Origin: Marsupella aquatica
Taxonomy: Eukaryota; Plantae; Marchantiophyta
DNA length: 64,000 nucleotides
Assembly (NCBI GenBank): GCA_973895155.1
Contig: OZ316895.1
Location: 18,836,508-18,900,507 of the forward strand
Reading direction: 5' to 3'
The position numbers were made by a program, and so were the translations under genes. Positions 1-10,700 of the stretch are shown here, piece after piece (position 1 is the first letter of the stretch; the number at the start of each line of letters is the position of its first letter). Under the pieces are notes generated by a model that worked only from the letters and a program-made list of their open reading frames with translations, was not told where the DNA came from and searched no databases.

Positions 1-639
1 GGCTCCATATGCACATAGTGATGTATGGTTTGACAAGCATCATCTCAGATGACACGATTGTCCAAGTTCCCTTTGATAGCACCAGGCGCTAGCAAATATG
101 TATCATGCATATCTGGTCCGTAACGGTAACTCCCAACGCTAGCGCCAGGCGCTATCAAAGGTGTACTCGATAATCAAATGGTAACTTTAACGGTTGTCAG
201 GTTAATGTTTATTAGCGCCCGACGCTAGTAAACTATTCAAAAAGAAATGGTCTGTTCTCAAAGGAATATTATCTTCCGTGTAAATATATGAGAGGATAAA
301 GAGACCATAACCGCATCTCCCTATGATAGCGCCAGGCGCTAACAAAACTTTGAGTCAATTTTTGAAGGTTCCAGACTGTAATATTTTACTAGCGCCTGGT
401 GTCCAACGTCCCCCGACTCACATGCCGCCAGAGGTCCAGTCGTCGTACATTTAGGGTACTTTGCTTCCTTTGGAATTGTTCCTGCTGAGGCAGATTCTTC
501 TCATTTGCGTTGGTGTCGTTGAGGGATGCGTGTAAGGAGAATCCGCACGATTAAGCGTACAAACTCCCAAACTAACTCTCGTACAAAATGAAATTGAACG
601 GGAAAAATCTCTGCATCGCAATTGGGAGAGTATATCAAA

Positions 640-3600
640 ATGGGATCTGGGTCGCCAAACCATTCCCAGTCCTTAGAGTCATCGTATTCCAGTTGTGTTT
701 CAAGTCGAAGAGTAACTCAATCCATAGCGCAATATCCTCTCAGTCAAGTTGAGCTTCCTTGTCCAAAACCGAGGCAATTGAAAATGGAACATGTTGGTGA
801 GTTTGCCATTTAGAATGTCGATGACATTGAGAAATCGGTGGTCAATGTCATTGAAAAGCACGTGATGTCATTTGGAGTTGATGCAAATGGGTTACCAAAG
901 GAGCCTCCAAGAATTCCTTTATGTCATCTTGTTCACATGGAGGTTGTGCGCACTCTTCAGAGGAACAGTCAATCGATTGAGAAGCTGAAGGACTCGTTTC
1001 GGACATCTGGATACAATTCGTCCATTGGCATGCGCTTTTTTGTTCAGCCATCCAACGTTGAAGGTAATCCGCAAATTTGTACAAATGAAATTTTGGGCAC
1101 TTGGGATCCTCTTTAGATCATGGAGAACCAATTGTTCGAAGCGGAATGTGAATCAGACCCCGCTTTCCACGTCCTCAAGGACAAAATGTTCTATGTTTTT
1201 TATGGAAATTATCGGCTGTTTTCGTGGACTCAAGTCAAAAATGAGAGTCCAGAGAATCCTAAGTATCATCCTCGCGTGCAATGCACAATTTTCAAAGGAG
1301 ACAAGGCATCAATCATCAAGATTGAGGCAACGATGCATATTGTTAACCAGTGAGTTTTCTTTCACCACCGACTACTCTTCCCAATTTTGATTGTTTCCCT
1401 TTGACAATTTCTCCCTTTTTTCAGGTTGTATTGTTAGGTTAGCGCCAGGCGCTATTTCTAATGTCCTAATTTTCATAGGACGGGACAGGCAGTGGTAGAG
1501 TCTTCTTGGATTTTGGATGCGGACAGAATCAGGAGGATTTTGGCTCATGATCTTGAGTACTACAAACCCATAATTGATGAGGCAAATTATGCAAAATTTG
1601 AGAAGATAAGGAAAGGAACCCGAAAGGGTTTGTGGTTTACCAAGAAGATGCCGATGGAGGTGTTGGTATACATCTTGTGTGAAAACAAGATCAAATCATA
1701 CTCGCAGCAATTTCAGGTGATGACGAACCAGGCGAGCAGTTCCGGCGCTCCATGGTTGGTCGAAGAGACGAATCTTTGTCACAGTCAGATGATGAAGGAA
1801 GCCACTAAGGAGTGGACTGTGAAAACTCCGAAGCTCACTTCCTTGCTGAGCCCAGAGTTTGAAGATTTCATGGACACTTGCGCTGAGATGTATTGTCTTA
1901 CAGATCGACTCAAACGTGTAAAGGTCCCTGAAGCTGTATTCTGCACTACGGATAGAGCTCGCTTGTTCACTGCCAATTCGGCATTAGATCCAAAATTGCA
2001 AAGTACATTGCTTGTTGCACATTGTACTCCCGAGTTATGGAAACAATTTTTCCATCCGCTCGGAGTATCGGACGACCCCGTGAAGTAGTGGTGCCACACC
2101 TGGCATGTTTGGAACACGATTGAGGGGATAGCAATTGCTCTCCTTGAGGCATGTTTGAAGGAGCTATGGGTTCATGCACCAAACAACGTCTTACAACACT
2201 CGGTGGAGAACTGATTTCCTTTGAGAAGTTGAAGGCTTTGATTGTAGATGATTTTAGAAAGCATGGGGATTCCGTAAGGGCCAAGTTTTTCAACACTATT
2301 TGGGATTCCAAGTACGCTAACAAGGAGGATTTGAGTGAAGTGAACTGCAAGAGAGCCAAGAGATATTTGTATCAATACTATGTGAAAATGGAGAGAAGAC
2401 ACCCAAGCTATTTATGGGCTTATCCTGGTGCCTTCCAGAAATGGGCCGTTGTGAATATGAGGTCCGAAGCGTCTGGAGACTTTCTTGGGTACACCATGTA
2501 CCCACCGGAGGGAAAGTTTTCCCCAAGGAAAATGGCAAAGTGGGAGGTTTTGCATTGTCCGTGGTATCTTGACACAGACAAGTGGAATTCACTGTTTGAT
2601 CTCGGGGGGGTCACTATATGAAGGGTCATACATCACGTGCGATGGTTTGGGTCATTTATGACCCCCCTAAGTCACTTTCTAGAAAGTTATACAACATCAA
2701 TCATGTGATGACAGTATGCATTTTGCAATTAAACAACCCTATATTTCCATAGAAGACTTAATAAGTCTTCCGCCAAAACCATTTAAATGACCCTATATTT
2801 CATCGCACATGATATGCCACTTCCATGGAAGTGACCCCCCCGAGTGTTTGATGAGACAGAGAAAGATGCTTTTCACAAGTTATCAAAGAATTTGGAGCCC
2901 AGAAACATTTTGTCAGAGATGAAGCAGGGAATTGATGCCGAGATTGATCTCTCGGCGATAGAGCTCCAGCGGATTTGTGAGATGCAAGTCGTCCAAGTTG
3001 CAAGGAGTCAAAAACCAAGAGCAAAACCCAAGCAAGAAACCACCCCAAGTGGATCTCAAAAAGAGACCAAAAAAAGTGAGTTCCTAATTTTGTAGCTTCA
3101 AATATTTGTAATTGTCAATGTTTTATTTGGCTAGCGCCAGGCGTTGTTATTAATGTAACAATTTCTCTAGCAGGATCTCGGAAATCAGATGCGGGGTTGG
3201 TGTCGGGTAATGCTTTAACTGCAACTCCAGAGCCCTCTCGTGACAACAGTCTTGGGAAGGATGAGGATCCGCCAGTGGACGCCACGAGCACTAGGAAGAA
3301 GAAGAAACGTTGCATTTCTACTTCTGGTGGGTCTCACAGGGAAACACTTGCGGCGACTGGTTTACAGAGGAATGTGGGGGACTTCAAGGGGAATAAAACC
3401 AGGCACACATTCGTGGGGTCTACCTTGGCAAAGTTCTACGATAGTGTGTTTCAGAGGGAAGAGAAGCCATCTTTGGTTTCTCAGGTAGAGGCCCGGGGAA
3501 AGAATCATGTGAAGACGGGTTCTCGGTCGAAGGGGGTTATTAGAGGTGAAAAAGTTAGGGCATTTGGTGTCAATGCAGGATTTCTATATTTGCCTACCGG

Positions 3601-4612
3601 ATTGAGGCCATCACTTTTTGAGAAGAAAGTCCCAAAATGGAATGTGCAAGACCACTCTCTCCCTGGGGCTTTCTTTAGCGCAATGGACCCTTTCCTATCG
3701 GACGATGGACTTCTGGCTATTCTTCACACTGGAGAATATGACCAGATTTTGGAAGTGATATCTGCATGCCAGCAGTCGCAAAAAGTTTGACTGTATTGCA
3801 TCGTATACAGTTGTCATGGGGTTTCCTATGTATAAACCTAAGTCTGACACTCAGGTAATTAATGACATCCATTTTGGCCAGCGCTAGGCGCTAATCTTGT
3901 ATATCATTCATTTTGGCCAGCGCTAGGCGCTAATCTTGTATATCGTTCATTTTGGCCAGCGCCAGGCCCTAATCTACATATTTTTGTTTCATGACCTTAC
4001 TATTCTATTGTTTTGTAGATCTTCACGATGCGGTTGGATATATTTGGTCGTGTTTTGAGAAAATCAACAATACCGAAAGATCCCAAGTTCCGTCCATTTT
4101 TGCCTTCCAAAGATCCTTCAATTACAAATCTGATAGGACTTCCGTCTTTAAAGTCGGATCCAATGCCAGAACTTGTGGCTTGTGGAAACGGGCGGCTCAC
4201 AGTTGGTTTTATGCAGTCCGTTATAGAGATCATCTCCTGTCTAGGGGATATTGTGATCGACTGGACCTGTTGCTTAGAAAGTTCATTTGTGGCGAGAGAC
4301 TATTGTGGTAGATTTGTTGTTGGGGTGGAAGGGCGAACAGAGTTTGTCACGGCTTCAAAGTGTACCTTAGCTGACCTTTTGGAGCCAAAGTCAACTTTGA
4401 CTCCAGAGAAGAGATTGTCAAGGAAAGGGAAAGAGAAGTTGGACAGAGTACGATCAATTTTGAACTTTGATTCCAAAGAGAGCGAGTCGGATGTTGCTGG
4501 GGAATCTGATGAGGAAGAGATTCCAGTTGTTAATCTAGGAGACAACGAGGCAAAGAAAACAAATCCCTCGGGATCAAAATATGATTTCAAGGATGAGGAG
4601 TCTTCTGAGTAA
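640..4612 (+). pseudogene. Decayed multi-exon gene (copy A): ParB/Srx-like N-terminal domain, helical middle region, C-terminal beta-class DNA amino-methyltransferase-like domain; probably TE-borne
   Basis: ORFs 622-813, 838-1116 and 1120-1353 are one frame broken by TAG stops. GT-AG introns at about 1350-1478, 3076-3173 and 3855-4018. ParB-like pattern VRTLQ..SIEKLKDSF..GY..FFV..FYVFYGNYRL (cf. DGNHR). MTase-like segments FLSDDGLLAILH and IEIISCLGDIVIDWTCCLESSFVARDYCGRFVVGVEG (cf. S.PGD.VLDPF.GSGTT..A....GR..IG.E). Homologous throughout to copy B. Confidence 0.7.
3868..3975. repeat. Three ~39-bp tandem units, each with a palindrome variant, inside an intron of copy A
   Basis: cattttggccagcgctaggcgctaatcttgtatatc repeated at 39-bp spacing. 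Confidence 0.85.
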
Positions 4613-5754
4613 TACTCGAAAGCTCACTCCAAATGTACGACTGTTTTCAGCAACATATTTTTGGTAAACTTAGTGTTTGTTTCAATATGGATGAAACTTT
4701 CAAGTCAGAGTGGAATACGCGGAGAAGGTTTGAACTCCGGAAAATGATCGCTGAAGCTATGGAGATATATTACACCAGAAAAACCATTTATTCTCCCATC
4801 CTATGCTAAGAAAGCCGCCATAAAAGTAGAGAGGTCTTGGACATTATCTTGGGAAACAAAAGGTCTGAGACTTAGAAGAGGTTCTGATAGGAAGTTTTTG
4901 GTGAACAAATTTGTGGATGACATGTGCCGGAGTGAGTTTGTGGACGACGAGGTGGAGTTGACCGATAGATCCGATAGTAGTGAGACAGAGTCATCTGAGT
5001 AGATCAGTTATGAGAACCCCATTTGTATCATTTCCATCGTATAAAAATGTTCAAACATGAACTTTGTGTCAAATTCGTATATTGTGTTCACAAGTGAGCT
5101 TTGAGAAATATGAAAGTTCAATATTTCACTTTAGCGCTTAGCTTCATGCCAGAGACTATTGCAAAACTTGGATTTACATTATTTTGGGGACATGCTCTGG
5201 GTGACTCGTATTTGTATAGCGCCTGGCGTTAACCAAATAATATGTTTTCGGAATTTTCAAGGAACAAAAATGATATGGAAATGACTTTGTTTTTGATAGC
5301 GCCAGGCGTTAGCCAATACTATGCCTTCTGGAACAAGTATTACTGTTGAAGTTTTGTCGGTTAAGTGAAATGAACGTTGTCGTGTCAAAAGATTTCGGCT
5401 CAGGAATGGCTTTTATAGGGGATGATGGGCGAGGCCTCCTGATTGGGTTGCGTGCATGCTGACTCGGAGGGGCTGCTTGGTTGGATGGATTGAGGTTTGG
5501 TGATTGGGTGACTCGTCATCACCAAGTTTGGTGTTTGGGTGAGTCACCAGGCTTGGAGTTTGGATGAGCCTCGCTGATGGCAACTGGCTCAGGCTGGATG
5601 GTTGGGTTTCCGATGCTACTTAAGACTTGAGCCTCGGCTCATTGAGGTTGGCGATTGTCTATTGAGATCTATTGAGTTGCGTTCTGTGAGTTCCGCTCTG
5701 TTCTGCGGAACTCGACTGTTGTGCGACGGTTTTGGAGTTCTGAGCAAGTGTTGG

Positions 5755-5900
5755 ATCCAGGTGTGGAGTATTCAATCCAGGCAGAAAATTTCTTGAGTTT
5801 GGAGTCTCGTCGATCCAGGCGGGGATTTCTCAAGTTTGGAGTCTCGTCGATCCAGGCGAGGATTTCTTGAGTTTGGAGCCTCGTTGGTCCAGGCCCGAGT
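5755..5900. repeat. Short tandem repeat (~37-38 bp, about 4 units) in a non-coding, LTR-like region
   Basis: tccaggc....atttct..agtttggagtctcgtcga units at about 5776, 5814, 5851 and 5888. Confidence 0.75.
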
Positions 5901-7789
5901 TCCGTGTGAGTTGTTTTAGACTAGTGGAGTAGCTAGTCGAGTTTTGGTTTTGTGAGCTAAGGAGGATAGTTTTTCCGTCAAATTTTGAGTACTTAGTCAC
6001 TCGAGGAGTTCTACTCGATAAGTTAGAGGTAGCGGCCCGCCGTAGGGCCAGCTACCAAACTCTTGCGGGCAAGCTTACTCGAGGGCACCTATTGTAACCT
6101 TTGTGAGAAAAGTAAAAAATATGAAGGAGTGAGAGTTTGCTCCGAAAAGTGCTTGTCGCTTGTCCCAATTGCAGCCAGAAACATGCAGTTTGCCCGAGGA
6201 GCCCCTAACTTTAAGTCCTCGCGACAATGTAAGCACCCGTTGGGGCGATATTCCCCGTCGGTCCATTCTCATGCATTGGTTTGGTCGTATGTCCGTTGAA
6301 TCCAAAAAATGGTGATCCTTTGAGGGGGCATACATTCGAGTAAGCCCTCCAGACGAGTTTCGCTCTAGCTGTTCACACTGTGCTCTTGTGGTTTGGAAAG
6401 TATACTCTATGCTTGAAGGTTGTTTCTTGCGCTACAAGCGTTGAGTAACCCGATCAAAGTAACCGTCAGTGGACGATATGGAGCGTCCTGGTGTCAATGT
6501 CGATAACGTTATGCGGCCCCAGAGGGAAGTGCCAGCATCGAAGGAGCATACCGATCAGACGGTCAACTTCGGGTCATCGACACTGATTGCAGACACCGAG
6601 AGTCGCGTGACCGAGACTTCTGACATAAGGAATCATCTCCAGCTGCCTACGGACAAGGGTATGAGCCCGGGTGAATGAAACATTCCTTGGCTTCCTGATT
6701 CTCCTCCGAGGCCATTTCAGGAGAGATTCTCAATTCATTATCCAACTCCCGAACATCCTTCATCGAATGTCTTCTGGGATGTGGAAATTCAGTCTGCCAA
6801 ATTTCTTGGTCGTATCAATTTCTATGATACAAACCTTCCTGAGTCTTCATTGCGCCCTTCGCAAAGGCTTCCAAGTGCCCGGTACGTTGCAACTCAAACA
6901 TTTGGCTTTCGACAGAAGCCAAAACGCAAGAAGGCAAGGCTCAACGATGAATGTGAATCTTTGTTTGATCCAGGATCATCCTAGGATCATGGTGGTCATG
7001 GTCTTGGGTAGCGCCTGGCGCTACTCATTTCATGGAGGAGACCCGCATCCGGTTCATAGTTTGGAATCGGAGGAGGTGCACTTGGTGCTTCGTTTTGGGA
7101 TTAGGTTAGGCTTGTGAATGGGTTCTTTCACCGAGGATTACTCTGTTAGAGTGAGGTTGACTACAATTTGCAGGGCTCAATGACGGATTTGGGTCTTTCG
7201 CTGATCCGACATTCTTCAATAGAATTGTGGTTAGACTCTTAGGCCTCCCAGAGATACTTGTTTTGCTGATGCAATCTGTGATCCGGTGAATAATTTTGAA
7301 TTGGTGGAGGTGGACTTTAGGCTCCTCATTTTGGAATTTTGTATTGTGCTTCATTAGTAGAAGCGTGTATACACAATATTTTCACTTTAGTAAAAATCAT
7401 TTTTGGCTTGAGTTTTGTTAACTGGCATCATTACGTTTTTCATTTTTGGGTAGCGCCTGGCGCTATGATGTTTCATGGTTGTGTTTCATTACAATATTCA
7501 GTTTTGGGTAGCGCCTGGCGCTATGATGTTTTCACGTTTGAGTCGATCGCTATGTTTGGAACCCTGGATGATGAAAAGTGAACATTGCTTTGGATTTTGA
7601 GAGTTTTTACCCATTGATAAGTTGGGCTATTCATGGAATATTCTCTTTGCACATGTTATTTTGGGATATATTGTTGACATTTTGGTTGAATTATTTTCCT
7701 GTTTCCTTTTTGTTGTTTCTTGTTTGGATTTTCCTATTTCCTGGCACGGTGGTGATACCCCCATGTAGCAAGGCGTGTCATTCCGAATG

Positions 7790-10700
7790 GTGAATGAGTC
7801 AATGTGATCCAACTTCTCAGCCCAGTCAATGTGAAGGTACTCAAAGATTGAGCCTGTGTGGGCAAATGAACCGCTGTGCACGATGCACAGGAAACCGTTG
7901 TTTGTGAGTAGAGAGTCTGCCAATGTTGTCGCCACTTCTAGGTCACTGATCCAAAATCTATTCCACACCGGAACATTATTTTCAGCCTGTGCTAGGCGAT
8001 AATCTATCCCTAGCTGAACAAAGATCATATCACAACCATGGCCCTTAGGTACACACCATCAACTATCCAACCTTGTTTTCACAAGCCAGCCAACTTCAAT
8101 TTCTTACACCAGTCCCGGAATTCCCTCATGAATGGAGGGAGAGGCAACTTTCCCGTGGTTGGCTGATATTTGTCCTTCAGCCAAGAAGAACACTCTAGTA
8201 AGATCATATGCTCTTTTGCGTGGCAAAATCAGAGGGCAGATGTTATGGCATGAGAGGGCCAAGGTACTCCAAGAATCTCGCAAGGATCATCCTCCGGAAG
8301 AAGCGGGGCTTTTGTTGAAACTAGCTTCTTTGTGGCCTCTTCTATTCTCTTCTCAACTTTCTTCTTTGGTTGACTGGTTGGCTTACCAGGGATTTGTGGT
8401 TTGCTTGGGGTCCCGCTTGGGGTTGAAAGGTCAGCCTCCTCCTCCTCCTCCTCATGGCCCTCTGCATTGTCCCCAGTGGCCATTTCATCCTCCTCTCCAT
8501 TGTCCCCACTCGCTTTCTCATCCTCCTCTCCATTGTCCCCAGTCTCCTTCTCCTCCATCTTCTCATCCATCGGACGGCGTTTGCTTGATGTAGACCTTGG
8601 GGTTCCAAACTTTTTTTTACTTTTTTCTGTAGAACAAACTAAGGAGTTTAGTATACATTTTACAATGATACTATCTCGGAGAGGCTCTCCATCATAGGTC
8701 AGATGCCCAATGCAAAATGAAAGCCAGGGTGTAAACCTTACCAAGAGTGCCTTGTTTTGAGGTGGTGTCTTCTGATTCCTTATCATTCTTCCCCCGAACC
8801 TTCTTCCCATCATACTCTGGCTCTCCAAGAGGCAAAATGGTCTCCAAATCCAATGCAGCCTTTGCCGACTACGCAAGATTGGCCAACTTTGAAGGCTCAA
8901 AAAGGTTGGTTGGTAGTTTCCCCTCCTTTAGGAGGTTCGCGGCATCCTTCTCTTGGGGCATAGTGAACTCATTCCAATCATTGAACTCCATGAACCATGG
9001 ACAATCCACTCTTGCTGTTGGCTTCAGCCCATCTGGTGGATACATTGACAGAGGGTCTTTCTCTGTCATCCATGCAGTCAGAGCACTTGGTAACACTTTG
9101 AAAGTAGAGGCTCCAATGCTCTCTTGATGAAGTAAATATCTGACCACACACCTCTTTGCACGCTTCCTCCACACATCTTTGCTTTGCTTTGCTAGATTCC
9201 ACATCTTCTTGCCCTCCTCATAGGACCGAGTCTATACAAACTGCTTGTACATCTTGTTGTGAAACTCAACAAACTTGTCTTTGCTTCCATTGAAGTTTTG
9301 CCACTCACCAAAATCATATGCACTTTTGGAAAACTCTGACATAATCAAACTACCAACATGGGCAATGTAACACCACATTGACTACACTAGCGCCCGAGCT
9401 CTCACTGCTGAATCACCATATACATCTAGATGGTGGTGTCGCTTCTTCTCCTCCGCGGTTGAGAAATGAACGTGGAGTAACCTGTTTTGACACTCAACAG
9501 GCATGACTGTGCTTGCAAACAATTTAACTCAATCCAACCCCACTTGCACTTGTGGCTGATCTTTATGATTACTCTGCAACTGGTGCAACTCCTCGGCTAT
9601 CTCTAAAAATTCCTCTCCATTTGCTGGATTGACAATCTGAGCAAACTTCTGGATTTTGCCCTCCCAAGACCTACATCTTCACTTGTCATGAGTGTGGTTT
9701 CCTTCTGGAACTTCTCCAAACTCCAGGTGTGGCCAATTGCGGCATTGGCTGCCATCTCCTTTGCAAGACGAATCCTCCCATCTTCAATATTATTCCATGA
9801 CATGATGTACACAGCAGCATCCTTTGTCATGCACTTGCTGTACCATGTCTTTCCATGCCCATGGCTTCTTGCTGCTAAGAATGTAGCATAACCATCCGGA
9901 TGAAGCAATGTCTGATACTCCTCCAATGGTGTCATCAACAGCTTCTTCACCCTGTCTGCATCGGTCAACCAAGATGTTTGCACAACATTTGCGCTTATCC
10001 TGCGTAAAATAAGTGACAAATGTTGGCGTCAAAGGCTATGTATGAGCAATTTCAAGTTGGACATGTCTCTCTTGGAGAGGCTCTCCGAGAAGGCATCGCT
10101 CTTCAACAAGGCATGGATATCTTGGAGAGGGTCTCAGAGAAGGGAAGGTTCATTCTATCTTGGAGAGGCTCTTCGAGATAGCATTTTAGGGCCAAACATT
10201 CTATGTATGTATGTATCTATCTTGGAGAGCCTCTCCGAGATAGCATTGCCCGTCTAGGTACTCCATCATTTCTGATTGTCACCTACTTTGCTCCCCTTAA
10301 TATGAATGTCTATAAGATGGGAATTGCTGATGCACATTATCCATTTCATAGGTTAATCCAAGTCATTCATGATATATCACCACTAGGGGAGACATGGATA
10401 GTGGGGGACTTTAATGCCAGGGTATCTAATGAACAATTTACTGAAAGTGAGGACTTAGGAACTTTACCTTGGTCATCATGTAGTGAAGAGATACCTTGGG
10501 TGAGAGAGGCTCTTGACACCAGAACAAATGACATGACACGTCACTTTTTGCATTTGGGAGCTTCTTGTAATCTAAGAATATTGAATGGGCTTGAGAGATT
10601 TCCCCAATCATCTGGTTACACTTTTAGATCTAAACAAGGATGTAGTACCATTGATTACCTTCTTGCCTCACCTACCTCTGCCACTAGAGTGGTTGACTTT

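Larger units (their letters stand above)
77..7523. repeat. Dispersed 15-bp palindrome TAGCGCC(A/T)GGCGCTA, about 15 perfect or variant copies
   Basis: Copies at about 77, 140, 213, 327, 390, 1440, 3132, 3879, 3918, 3957, 5217, 5297, 7009, 7451 and 7509. 7-bp inverted arms with a 1-nt spacer. Confidence 0.92.

Noticed and set aside
6030-6070. Possible PBS (TGGTAGCTGG.. on the minus strand) marking an LTR
   Set aside because: Not directly adjacent to a CA end, no matching tRNA recognised and no second LTR in the window.
8132-8697. Pro-rich plus-strand ORFs
   Set aside because: Antisense shadow of the acidic repeat exon (TGDNGEEDE) of gene B.
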